This document shows positions 24,775 through 36,193 of a stretch of 64,000 nucleotides of DNA, piece after piece. A program made the translations under genes and the position numbers. Under the pieces are notes generated by a model. The model made no database searches and was not told the DNA's origin. It worked only from the letters and a program-made list of their open reading frames with translations. The stretch is from Rhodosorus marinus CCMP1338 (lineage: Eukaryota > Plantae > Rhodophyta): NCBI GenBank assembly GCA_029953675.1, contig JAMWBK010000002.1:1178001-1242000 (forward strand), read 5' to 3'. The first letter of the stretch is position 1, and every line of letters starts with the position of its first letter.

Positions 24775-25787
24775 GGAGTCCGCGTCCTTTTTTTCACCGA
24801 GTCGGGTTTTCTCGCGTCCTTCAGTCCTCTCTTCTCACCGCTTTCGTTTTCCCTTGTGTGAGAAATCATTTTGAACTTCTAAACCCGACTTTTGAGTCAA
24901 GCCGATTCCTCGCTCGGTGGTCCAACAAGATTCTTATTCTTCGTTGTCTTTTGTTTGCTCCTTAATCTTTGTCTCAAGACCCCGAGGCAGAGCCAGCGGT
25001 CGACTTGCTCTGCGCAGGCAGTAAAGACAAGATCGATACAGTTGGAATATTTGATCTTGACGCACGACCGCATGGTTTCACGCTTAGATACAAATATGAA
25101 CGCTACTCAGCCAGGTCTCAATACTGGCCACCCATACCTCAAAGCGGTGTGGAATTAGCAGCAGAATCCAATGCGACGTGATACGTGCACCAGGTTGATT
25201 AGAATCCGGTCGGACTGGGAGCGGCTAAGGCTATGGTGGACGCTCTACCATTGACTTTTCAGGTGGTAAATCGGTAAAATCGTTCATACTTTAGAGCAAA
25301 GCAAGTAGACATATCTTCTGTCCCACTGATCAAAGCTCACAGAAGAAGTTTGCATGTCAAAGGAGCGAAACCGCACAAGACTTTCTTTCGGAAGCGTCTC
25401 CGCGGACCTCATGCGCGCTTGCACGCTCGGGCGGAACCGTCGCCCGAGCGTACCAAAAAGGAAAGCTCTCGCTCCAAATTCGCTTCTTTGTTGGTCTGAA
25501 ACAATTGAAATAGTGAAACCGGTTCAAATAGTGCTGCAACCGCGCCCATCGAAGGAGATCTCGTAGAGTAAAACACAGCAACCCGAAAAAGTACTCGTCG
25601 CAAAGTGACTCGCTTTCAGCGAAATTTCCAGCCTCCGTGGTATGGAGCCCCCTCCATAACCACAATTCTTAAAAGTGTTCCGGTGCTAGGTTGCTAGTCG
25701 CAGCAGCTTCCACCTTTCGGAATAAGGGACAGCCACCCAACCCTTCTCCCGCCCCCGCCTCGACAGGGGTACGGAAGCAGTGTCATT

Positions 25788-27788
25788 TCACGATTCCATG
25801 AGCGCCTTACAGCGCCTGATCAGATCCGAGGTGCTGATCCCATCAGTACGCGGAAGGGATTCCGTGATTCCCATATCGAAAGGTACCTGGTAGTACTTCT
25901 CCCCTCTGGAACTCAGAGCCTTCGGACCCAGGGCTTGAACTCTTTCGTTCTCTACTTTTGCGAGCTCATCCAGCTTTTGCGCCTCCATTTCGTTTCCCAA
26001 GGCACGCTGTTCAGAAGCCTTCTTGGACAGCTACAAGGGAATGTTACAAATAAGTACTTCACGTCAGAACCTGCTGGACCGTTCTTGAACTCATCCAACC
26101 ACAGCTTGGACGTATGCTCACCGCTTTCGCCTCCTCCTTCGCCAAGTACTCCATTCCGTGAGCCACGACGTGGATATTCTCCTCCTTGATGAACTCTTTC
26201 GTGAGACCAAAGCATGGGGCATTTCTAATTACCTTATCCACTCCCTTGCAACCTAGGACCTCTGCACATCTCTCCTCCATTGTCATGATTGGCGGTCGCT
26301 TGTACTTTAGCGCGTCCTCATCGCCAATAACCCCGACGTAGAGCCTGTTTCCAAGCTTCATTGCGTTCTGGAAGAGCTGCTTGTGTCCATTGTGGCACAT
26401 GTCGTAAACACCGTCGCAATACACGTTGCAGCAAACGGTAAGCAAGGGCAGGTTGAGGTATTCGCAGAGCTCTGTGAACACAGCTGTGGTTGCAAGAGAC
26501 AGAGAGTTGTAAGTTTAGAAAAACCAGCACTGACCCTTCTGTAGTCGACAATTTTCCTTCTTCAGCTTCTGCGTACCGGAGAAGTAGAAGAGAACGAGAA
26601 TTGCGGGTAATAAACGGTTCAAGAACGAGACCATGTACATCACCGGGACCCACGGGTGAAGATTCCTCAACGCCATTTTGGCCAGAATCATATCAGATGT
26701 CACAATAGCCATAACGCACCCGTCCGAAATCACATCCCACATCGTGAGAGATCCAGAAAACGGACCCAAGGGGAGCCACAGGAGAATGGATGCAGAGATG
26801 CGATAGGCCAGGATTATCAACAAACCCCAACGGGTTGCTTTTGTGCCGAGCACGTCACCAGTTAGCTCCTTTGTAAAAGGGTTGCGATACTCCAGCTGCC
26901 TCGGAAGCATCACAATTCGCAGAATGAGCAACGCGACCTGACCATAGTACCACAGTCTGGGGGTCCAATCCGCCAAAAGCTCGGCAACAAATGATTCATC
27001 AACTTGCGTCAAGTCCGTGAAAAGTCCTATGATGAGGGACACCACGTGTGTTAGCCACTCCAGTCCAAAAATTGCACGAATCGCCAAAACGAACTCGGTT
27101 ATGAGCAAAGCCTCCCCTAAAAAACAAAGAATCAAGAAGATCTTCAGAATCAATTATGACTGGGAGCACACACTTGAGTCCTCAGCAGCTGTCTATCACT
27201 TTCAGCAGAACTCTGCTAGGCGGTGTGAGAAATGAGCGACGTCAAGGCAGAGCGGTTCGCACCTGGTCCAGAGAGCAACTTGAAGTGGACAGACCGAAAC
27301 TCGTCCCTCCAGGCCATAAGATGCCCTCGGAGAAACATCATCTGCGACCCTTGTACGATGAACCACAAATTATCGTAATTGGTAACGTCTACAGCTTGGA
27401 AGATGGTGAGAATAATGAAAACAACTCCGACGTTGTCGCACGCATGATCAAATAGCTCCCCAAGAGGTGAGCTATTTCCCGTTATTCTTGCATGTTTGCC
27501 ATCAATAGCGTCGAGATTCTGGTATACGAAGATCAAAGTTGCCGCTGCTCCAGATGCAAAGGAGCGATATGGTGTATCAAGCAAAGTAACCACAATGTAG
27601 AACGCGTGTAAAATACAGACCAAACCGGCCAACGACAATAAATTAGGTGCGATCGTTGTGGGCACCAGGAGCACGAGCTTGTTCCAGAAAGGCCCTAGCA
27701 GCTTTGTACTGATAGAATTATCCACCACATTGTAAGTCCAATCCTTTACATGCTGTTTCTCCCGCTCCGTCAAGAATAAATTCACCAT
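25788..27788 (-). CDS. Fusion protein: choline/ethanolamine phosphotransferase (CDP-alcohol phosphatidyltransferase) + single-domain choline/ethanolamine-phosphate cytidylyltransferase, 556 aa
   Basis: Exons 27788-27263, 27116-26577, 26483-26122 and 26030-25788 total 1671 nt in frame with canonical GT-AG. CDP-alcohol motif DAIDGKHARITGNSSPLGELFDHACD; cytidylyltransferase motifs DGVYDMCHNGH and RTDGISTSDLIRR. Confidence 0.9.
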
Positions 27789-28410
27789 AACGATTCAACA
27801 CGAATAAGACAAAAAAAAATTCCCCCTATTCACCCTCAAACAATTGCCAACGCCTCTCAAAAAGTTTCGCTTCCTCTCTAACCAAAAAAAACAACTCGAG
27901 ATCTCCAATTCCTACTCTACCCACCCGCGCCTAACCTCCTCCTCTCACACGTTCTTCATATCGCTCTCTGCATTCAGTCCACCCAGATCCCTCCTTCCGT
28001 TCCCGCGTTCCTCAAACCTGTTCCCCTCAAACGCTCCCGCTTTAAATCAGTCAACACAAAAACTCTCTCTTCCTCTAGCTCTTCCTCTCCCTTCCCTCTC
28101 CCCCTCCCCCCCAAACCCACCCCCTACAACCTCGTCCCACGCACCCTCCTTAAACCTCTCCCTCCAACCTTCCAACCACGCAGTCTTCCCTAATCCTCAA
28201 CTCCCTTTTACCTCTTCGTATAACTACCTTCAAACCCCCACCCGCCCCCTCCTCTTCGTCCTCCTAACCAGCAACCCGCCATCAATCTGTTCATCTCCTT
28301 ACGCCATCATCAGGAAGAAACTTCCATCACCTTTTCCTTCTCCGAATTCAGTCACAAAAGGCCCTTTTCTTCATGCAGAGAGAATTTACTTCCCTTCAGG
28401 AGTCCGTTAA

Positions 28411-29340
28411 AAGGAACTCAACAGCTAGAGAAAGGGTTTGAAAACGTGCTTAATATCACTAAAAAGAGAGCATCGCGTTAACCACCATCAAAACGGTCTC
28501 GCTTTGGTCTACTGGAAAACTAGTAGACCCAACCCCGGGTGGGAGTCCTACGAGAGGGATAAGGGAAGTCACAAGTGTGTGACCACTAGCTAATCCCCTT
28601 GCGCTTCCTACAGAGAGAACACCTTCAAAACAGTATCTCTACGACTTACCTGAAAACGAGCATCCCCAGGTGGGAGTCCTACGAGAGCTGCAAGGGAAGT
28701 CACACGTGTGTGACCACCAGCTAATCCCCTTGCTCTTCCAGCGAGAGAGAATACCTTCAAAACGGTCTGTCTTTGGTTTACTGGAAAACTAGGAACCCTG
28801 GGTGGGTATTCTGCGAGAGGGAAAGGAGAGTCACAAGTGTGTGACCACTAGCTGATCCCCATGTGCTTCGCGCAGAGAGACCACCTTCAAAACGGTCCCT
28901 CTTCCGATTTACCTGCAAACCAATATAACCCCTGGTGAGAGTCTCATGAGAGGGAAAGGGAATTCACAAGTGTGTGACCACTAGCTAATCAGTCTCTCTT
29001 TGCTGATGTTAAGAGGCTCTTCAACCCTTTTTCTATCTCTGAATTCCTTCAGATTTCGTTCAGAAAGCGAGGCTCTTGTGAATTCAATCACCTTATTAGC
29101 AAGACCACCGTGATCATCGATCCTCTTCGACTGAAGTTTACAAAAGTTTAGGTGCCCTGCGGAGTCTTTTAAGACCCCTGCGGAGTCTTTTAAGACAGAC
29201 GCGGCATCGCGTTCAACAGCTTCAAACTGGTCTTTCTTTGGTGATGTTAAGAGCGTTTTAAACCCTTTTTCTAGCTCAGAGCTCTTTCAGATTTCCTTCA
29301 GGAAGCGAGTCTCATGTATATCCAATCGCCTCCTTGGCAG
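28411..29340. repeat. Composite repeat: four ~131-bp tandem units (28487-28990) between ~60-bp imperfect inverted repeats (28411-28470, 28994-29049), plus a direct copy of the right arm (~29234-29340) and a 21-bp tandem duplication (29155-29196)
   Basis: Unit starts (a/t)tcaaaac at 28487, 28624, 28756, 28886; conserved core (g/t)tcaca(a/c)gtgtgtgaccac.agct.atc. The left arm's reverse complement matches ctctctttgctgatgttaag...aacccttt..cta.ct..gaattcctt. Confidence 0.92.
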
Positions 29341-29910
29341 GATCACCTTGACCATCCTTTCCTTCGTCTTCCGAAGCTTGATTACTTGCCTCAGGAAGTT
29401 CTCAAGACGACACGTGGATCTCGTTCAACACACTTCGATCGTAATTGTTTGGTTGACAATAAGTGCATCTTTAACCCTTTTTCCAATACTTTTTTGATAA
29501 CTTTGTTAGGCTTTCGTGGACGAAAAAGACACCATACGAAGTACCACAAGCTGTGATCCCTTATTCTGTGCTTTCCAGACACGATCGGTTTCGTCCATGT
29601 AGCCTCTCAGGTCGAAAAAGATAGCAAGCATAGCTTGCTGACGTCTTCGAGAGTACCTTGCTAAGGAGTGCTCTCCTCGGCGGACGACAAGGAGGATTCG
29701 ACTGGGCTATTCTTTTGTTCGCAAAGGAGCTTACCCATCTTTAAGGAGTCTTAATCTCGTGGATCCGTCGTTGAGATCTTAGAGCACTTTAGTCTGTTAC
29801 TTGCGTCTGCTTGTAAGGTATTGACATAGGAAACAAGTGTCAAGTGCTGCGGATAGGGAGCGGATGGGCCCCGAAGATGGTTGATGATTGTTTGAACGAG
29901 AGAGCCTAGC

Positions 29911-32174
29911 ATGGATTGGGATTCAGTCGAAATCGACTCCCGAGGTTGGATTCTTTCGGAAAATTCTGTGCAAGGTTTGATTGGGGATGCCACGGCATCT
30001 CCCATCGCACCTGATGCTCAGAAGCGACTACTTCTGAAAGCTGCAGAAAGCGTTGATGGAACGGAGATCAATCGCCTCTGTCAAACCTGTCTTGATAAGA
30101 ATGCTACTGAAGCGTTGGCGATGTGTATTATTCGATGGTCTTCCGAGTTCGAAACCGGCGATGATTTCCATAGAGTACTGAAACGCGTTAAAACCCTCTT
30201 AGAAAAGGGCCTTGAGGCAGGATCGAACTCAAACGAGATTTGTGGGTACTTGACACTATGCTGCGGCGTCCTATCCTCGACATCTGGAAAATTGAACCCG
30301 TTCCGTCACCTCGTCAACAAATTCTTCCAGTTTCTGGACTCTACGGATCCCGATGTTGCAGAGCTCAGCTCGGCTTGCCTTACGCTAACCCCTCAGTCGA
30401 GCCAGGACTGGAAAGAGCTTCTAGATCAGCTCCGGAGGGAATCGGAGATCCTCATAAGCGAAGGACGAAGTCTTCCGGGCCACGAAACGCTCCGAAGAAT
30501 CTTGCTCAGAAGGAGGTTTAGCAGGCTTGTCGCCGCCATCTGCGCCCTCTTAGCGGCTCGCTACGGTTTTACATGTGACGTACCAGTCTACAGAATGGTT
30601 GAGCTCGCTGCTTCTGGTGTGGAGATCAAAGATTTACGACCTTCCGCGCTCATGCTCCTCAACAGTTCGCTGAGTTGTATATCACCAATCTCGAGCCTTC
30701 CAGCGGCCCGGAAATCTGTCGACATAATCCGGCAGTCCCTGGAAAGCTGTAATGGAATGGGCTCAGTCGAGCTCCTTCGTGCTTCAAGAACCGTTGTCGA
30801 AGCTTTCGGGATCGATGCAGAGAGACAATTGATTACAGGGCTGCGACGACTTTGTTTTACAATCATCAGTTCGCGCTTGAAGGAGAAAACGGCCCACAAA
30901 AGGGATGAGCCAACACGCTCGAAGAAGCGCAGAAAACGAGGTAGGCTTGTCCACCGCTATCGTCAGGAAAAGGTTGTCAGCCCTGTCTTATCGGTTGAAT
31001 CTCTGTTGCCCTCCTCCCCCCTTGCTTCATCAATAGCTGGGGCGTCCGACACTTTGGCAGAAAGTCCATCTACACCGCCTGTAGACAACTCGTTGTGGAT
31101 CAGCGCCGTCCAACTTCTTCGTAGCCTCGTGTGTGTGGGATTTTGTGGAATCGATCCTCACCTTGACACAGAAATCGAAACCGTAGCATCGGAACTTTGC
31201 AGATTTGCCAGGATTGCGCTCAATGTGCCTGGTTTGGACTATGAACTCCTTCAGGAGATTCAGGACGCAGCACTTGCTGCAGTGACTACTCCAAGAAGCA
31301 ACATGCGGCTCCCAGCAGAGTTCTCAAGCGTGCTTAGCTTGGGGAACGCATACTTGCAAAGAATTGGGTCCAGTGCTTTCCAGTGCATTGCTCTCCAGGC
31401 TGTAAAACATCCTCGTGGTGTCCCACTAATACGTTCCGCTACTGCTCCAAAGGTATGCTTCGACTTGAGTCTTTCTTTCAAGCGGTTTACCTAGATCTCA
31501 TATAGATGTCTACTTCTCGCCGTGCAAAGCTTTTACAGACGACTAATACGCATCCCACCCCAGCTGAGAAACAGGTAAGATCCCTGTCCCAAGGTGGAGC
31601 GTTCAGTTGGCATGTTGAACGCTCCGAGCGTCAGGATTCAGACTGCTAATGAGCGTAACCCTAACTGCAGCTGATTTCTGCTTCCTGCTTTTTGGGCTAG
31701 GACTACGAGAGTGCGCGGCTGTCCATAGACCCTACAACGGTTTCAAAGGAAGCCGCTTTTGAGAAGGAAAACAGTAGCCCGGATAAGGAGGCTGTTGAGA
31801 CCATGGTCCCTGAAGGCGTGCGTGAAGACTTGGCACGGTCACCTTCAGTGGCGGAGGCAGGGTCGGTCGGCACTGATCATGCAGCGAAACCTGGACTGTC
31901 AGACGAGGGTGATAATACGGCCCGATTGAAAATAGATTTGAAGCCGGTGGTGCTTGTGCCAGAGACCAAGGGAGAGTCCCAGCTGGATCGTAAAGAGTCT
32001 CCTGCTGAGGCTCCCAAAACCATCGGCGAAGGAAGCGAACGTGGGGAGGAAGCACACCGAGTAGGTCGTTCGGAAAGCTCCGATGATGACGAACCTTCGG
32101 TGGAGGATATCGTTGCGAGGGTGAACTTTGATGAAGGACCGGACGAGGCTGACAGGGTTGGCAGCGGAGAATGA
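29911..32174 (+). CDS. PELP1/Rix1-like pre-rRNA processing (rixosome) subunit
   Basis: Long helical ARM-like N-terminal exon (29911-31452), two GT-AG introns that keep frame, and an acidic low-complexity C-terminus ending DDDEPSVEDIVARVNFDEGPD, similar to the Rix1/PELP1 terminal PDI-x-D-PD motif. The gene is solid; the family call is tentative. Confidence 0.55.
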
Positions 32175-32803
32175 TGCAGGATTCCAATGTTGACGGGCGA
32201 ACATTACCAGAACTGGTCTGCGAGTTGGGATCTTTTTCTGAATACTCGGTCCTATTTCCCTGGGACCTGCTTGCCGGCTTAAAGGGTCGCGAGCGGAGCC
32301 TGAGAATATCGATCGATTCTGGGTCCCGTTTCTTTGAGCGAATCCCGGAGAGATGTTACGCATGCGATAGAGGCTGCGCCCCGCCAGTGGTAAATGATCT
32401 GGACGTGTGACAAACAAATACGACAATCATCCTCGCTATCGCTCAGCTTTTTCCCGAGCTGCCCGGAGGTTGGTGAGACAGAGCAGAAATTTATGTATAT
32501 GAAAATGAAATTTTAACTCAGAAGAGAAAGTCCAGATACCTATCTCAACCTGAGGGAACTCAAGACCGAGGAAGCACCGCTCCTGCTGGCACGTCTAACA
32601 CCCATCTATGCTTAACTATTCAGACTCTATGCGAGCGTGACAAAGACTCATCATCGTTTATTCAGAGAAAGATTGAGGTGACCTTGCAGACAGCTTCTCG
32701 GTTGCGGAAAGTTTTTCTCGTGCTCCATTCTTTAGTTAGAGATACTAGGCATAACTATGAACGCTTTCCTGAGGAGCTCCCTAGTGGAGCCCATCGAAAG
32801 TGA
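32171..32803 (+). CDS. Hypothetical protein (~166 aa), two exons, start codon overlapping the upstream stop codon
   Basis: Exon 32171-32389 (phase 0, gtaaat donor) plus acceptor ttttaactcag and exon 32522-32803, open for 93 codons. No recognisable domain. Confidence 0.45.
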
Positions 32804-33987
32804 AACAGGAATATCTCGATTCGTTAGGGAACCCCTAATGGGTTGTGTGACTACGTTTTGCAGTATCTCACAAAGTTCTGTTCGGACCCTACGAGCCTGG
32901 TAGCATGCCGCCCTTCCCCTTCCACAGAGGCGCGGTTCAGTGTGCTTCGCTGACTTGGGTTAACCGATCTGCCTACTTGGGTGCCGGTTTCTGGAGTTGT
33001 GCAGTTACCTCTCGGATGAATTGATCAGCTTGCCTCACCATTCGGCCGAGTGTCCGCACGCAGCATGGTGCGAATATGTCGTCGTTGTGGTCGCCCAATC
33101 GCATGGCGGTTTTTGGACTGCTTGAACTTTGTCGTTTTGCAGGCCGCGCATCCGGTCTCCATGAAGCTGGTTGATGTACATTTTTTTGTAGAGGAGAGGT
33201 CACCTTTTAATCGATCACGTAGAGATTTCCGGTCCGGCGATGTCTAGCAGGTTATGTAGGAGAGCCCATGTTCCTGTTGAACTGGTGCAGTGCTGATAGC
33301 GGTGGATGCCTTGAGCGTACTGGGGTACTGCGCAGATTGTAAACGGACTAAGCGTTCGTACACCCTGCAGGTTCAACCCCAGCACTTGCCGCAAGTTCCG
33401 GCTCGGGCTCCCGTTGAGGAGCGCCGGTGTGCTCGGAGGGTCGCTGATCCCCGGATTCTCCACGAGACAACCATGAGGCCTGAGCACGGAGGAACTGAGC
33501 CTGAGCCTGCACAAACGGCTGGGGTTAAACCTGCAGGGTGAAAAACTCCCGACGTTCGGGTTCGATGAGTCATCTAACACCGTTTGAAGAGGTGAGAACG
33601 GCTGTGCCACTGGGTTCTGTTCCTAATTAAAAGTTCACTCGTCGCCATGGAGGCAACGTACCTATCTCTCCTTCCAAAACCCTCTTTACAAATTTTGTTA
33701 CTCTTTCAGCTTGGAGATCGCTCCGCACACGCTCAGCATTCCAACGTCTCCGTGCAAATCTTCACGTTCTGCACAGAATCTCTTTCAAATGAGAGAAAAA
33801 CAACACCATTTATTAAGTTCCTTATCAAGTATTATGGCGAAAAACGCCCTTAATTTGGAAAATAGTATTTTTTGTTTTGTAGATTTAAGTTTAATATCTT
33901 TGATCATGAAATAGTACCTTTTTTTAGGATGGAGTAGCCGCTCTCTTATCTGTTGGGTTGGTGGGGAAGACCTTTTCGTGTGTTGAG

Positions 33988-34048
33988 GAGAGAGAGAGAG
34001 AGAGAGGGAGAGAGAGAGAGAGAGAGAGTGGAGAGAGTGGAGAGAGAG
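33988..34048 (+). repeat. (GA)n microsatellite just upstream of MOB1
   Basis: gagagagag... run, about 60 bp with few interruptions, ending about 90 bp before the ATG. Confidence 0.95.
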
Positions 34049-34138
34049 GGAATTTATGGTTCAAATTTTTTTTTATTTCGTTTCTCTAAATCTATTTATA
34101 TAAATAGAGAGCGGAGAGCATTACAAGTAGGGAAAATA

Positions 34139-35243
34139 ATGCTTTCTTTGTTTGATAGAAATCGTACTTTTAAGCCGAGGAAGAAGATTGAGCCTTCGAA
34201 CTCGAGATATGAGGTTCATCGGAAGGCTCAGGAGGTGCTGAAGCAGACTCTTGGAGCAGGTGTGTATGGTCGAGTGAACTTTTGTGCTGTATCTCCTTGG
34301 TTTTGCTTTTGATGTGTTTTTTGGGTTTCTAGGAGGGACTTCGTTTGACTGGCGACTGTTGCTGAATATCGTCGTTCGCGCATGTGCATATGCTATGTAA
34401 ATATCTGTCAGGAAATCTGCGGGAGGCTGTTAAGGTTCCTGAAGGTTATGATAAGAACGATTGGATGAGTGTAAACGTTGTCGACTTGTTCAATCAAATA
34501 AATCTTCTTTATGGATCAATGTGCGAAGATTGCACAGAACAAAAGTAAGTAAAGGTCATCGTCGTTACCTGCTCGAGCTCCTTACACGAAAATCGGAAAA
34601 TTGTTTTCTGAATGCGGTCGTCTTTTGGTAATCTTTTATTTCGATTAGCTGCCCTGTGATGAACGCTGGGCCCCGATATGAGTATTTATGGCAGGACAAT
34701 GACAAGTACAAGACTCCGACAAAGCTGTCAGCACCTAAGTACATCGAGACGCTTATGGATGTGAGTAACCTCAAACGTTCTTTGAGGCTGTTTGTGGATT
34801 GGTAGCCGCGGAGTGCCCTTACGACTCACGTTTGATATTTTTCTCTGTTGACAGTGGGTGGACCAACAGTTGAGTGACGAGGCAATATTTCCAACGCATC
34901 CTGGAAGCAAGGTTCCCCCGGACTTTTTGTACGAGTTGACCGCATCTCCCAAGTCCAAAACGTTGTTCTTTACCCTCTTCTGATTCGCGCTTCCTCTTTA
35001 TCTAAATTCCACTCGCGCAGGCAAATTGTGAAAACGATTATGCGGCGACTCTTCCGCGTCTATGCGCACATTTACCACACTCATTTGGACGAGATTACTG
35101 CCTGCAACGCAGAGGCTCACCTTAGCACCTGTTTCAAGCACTTCCTCTATTTTGTACAGGAGTTCAACCTTATTCCAAAGAAGGAATTCGAGCCTCTTCA
35201 GGATGTGGTGGAGACGATCATTCCACTAGGACCTACTGGATAG
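34139..35243 (+). CDS. MOB1: MOB1 kinase activator
   Basis: [16 protein letters not shown]...TLGAG | [34 protein letters not shown] | [14 protein letters not shown] | [13 protein letters not shown] | [20 protein letters not shown]...HLSTCFKHF. Confidence 0.96.
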
Positions 35244-36193
35244 CTCATTCCGTGGTGACGTCTCTAGAGAGAGGTACTGCGATGGCTCGTCAAAGCTCTC
35301 CGCAACGAAATACCTACGACTCGGTGACCTACAACCTGGACATTGGAGAGGAGTCTTGTTAAGGCACAGGAAAGAATGAGGTTGATCCCTGAGTTGGATA
35401 TACCCTTCCTGCCACCAGCTCGCGCAGAGCGTTGGTTGCCAAGCGCTCCCTCGGATGAAAACAGAAGATTAATTAAAACTGCGGGAGGCTGGAGTAAAGC
35501 CAATTAGTCCAGATGAGGCCAAACGGTGAAATGAAGACATGAACTCATCTATCCCAAGCCATGGAAAAGCAAAAGCTTGAGGCTAGGCGCCGGCCTATGT
35601 ATATTCAGATAGCACAGATGGCCTTAGGTTTCCTTCTCATTGTGCTAGGTAGGCTTTTCGATACTGCCAAGCGTACGAATGCACTTCGCAAGCGACACAA
35701 ATTCTGCTTTCGGTCATGAAAGCAGTCTAGAACGGCATTAAGCACCCCTTATATCCGCCGCTCCCGGTTTATAGAGACTGACAAGAGCTTCGGATGCCGT
35801 CGTTAGAAGCTTGTCGCCTTTACTAGTAGTTAGCAAGCAATTCCGGCCCAATGTCGAGGACCTTCGTGCCCAGGCAGACATGAAGCTTCCGGATGGTCAT
35901 GAAGGTAGCGGGCTGGCAACCCTCTTGAGGTCAGCTCGGGACATTCTGGCGGCTGGCTTGCCACCCCAGTTTAGGAAGCACTTGCTTGTGTCGAGCTAGC
36001 TCTTGTTAGCAGGGAGCTGTTTCGATTGGTTAATTCTTGGTCCGAACGTAGCGATTCAGCTCGGTAGATCTAGCACAAGAACGGGCATTCGAACTGGAGT
36101 TGGTTTCTTCGAGACAATCCAGTGGCGGACGAGTTGAAGGTTTCTCAAGTGGGAGATGAGGCGTCGTGGACTGGTAATCGAAAGCTTGGGACA

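Noticed and set aside
28605-28625. ACAGAGA as a U6 snRNA box
   Set aside because: Not followed by the U6 AGAUUAGC/ISL sequence and not conserved in all units.
28487-28990. Tandem array as a CRISPR array
   Set aside because: Eukaryotic context, whole ~131-bp units are homologous (no unique spacers), and no cas genes.
33215-33650. Minus-strand ORFs near 33215-33650
   Set aside because: Several alternative frames are open but no consistent splice model or motif; cannot support a gene call.
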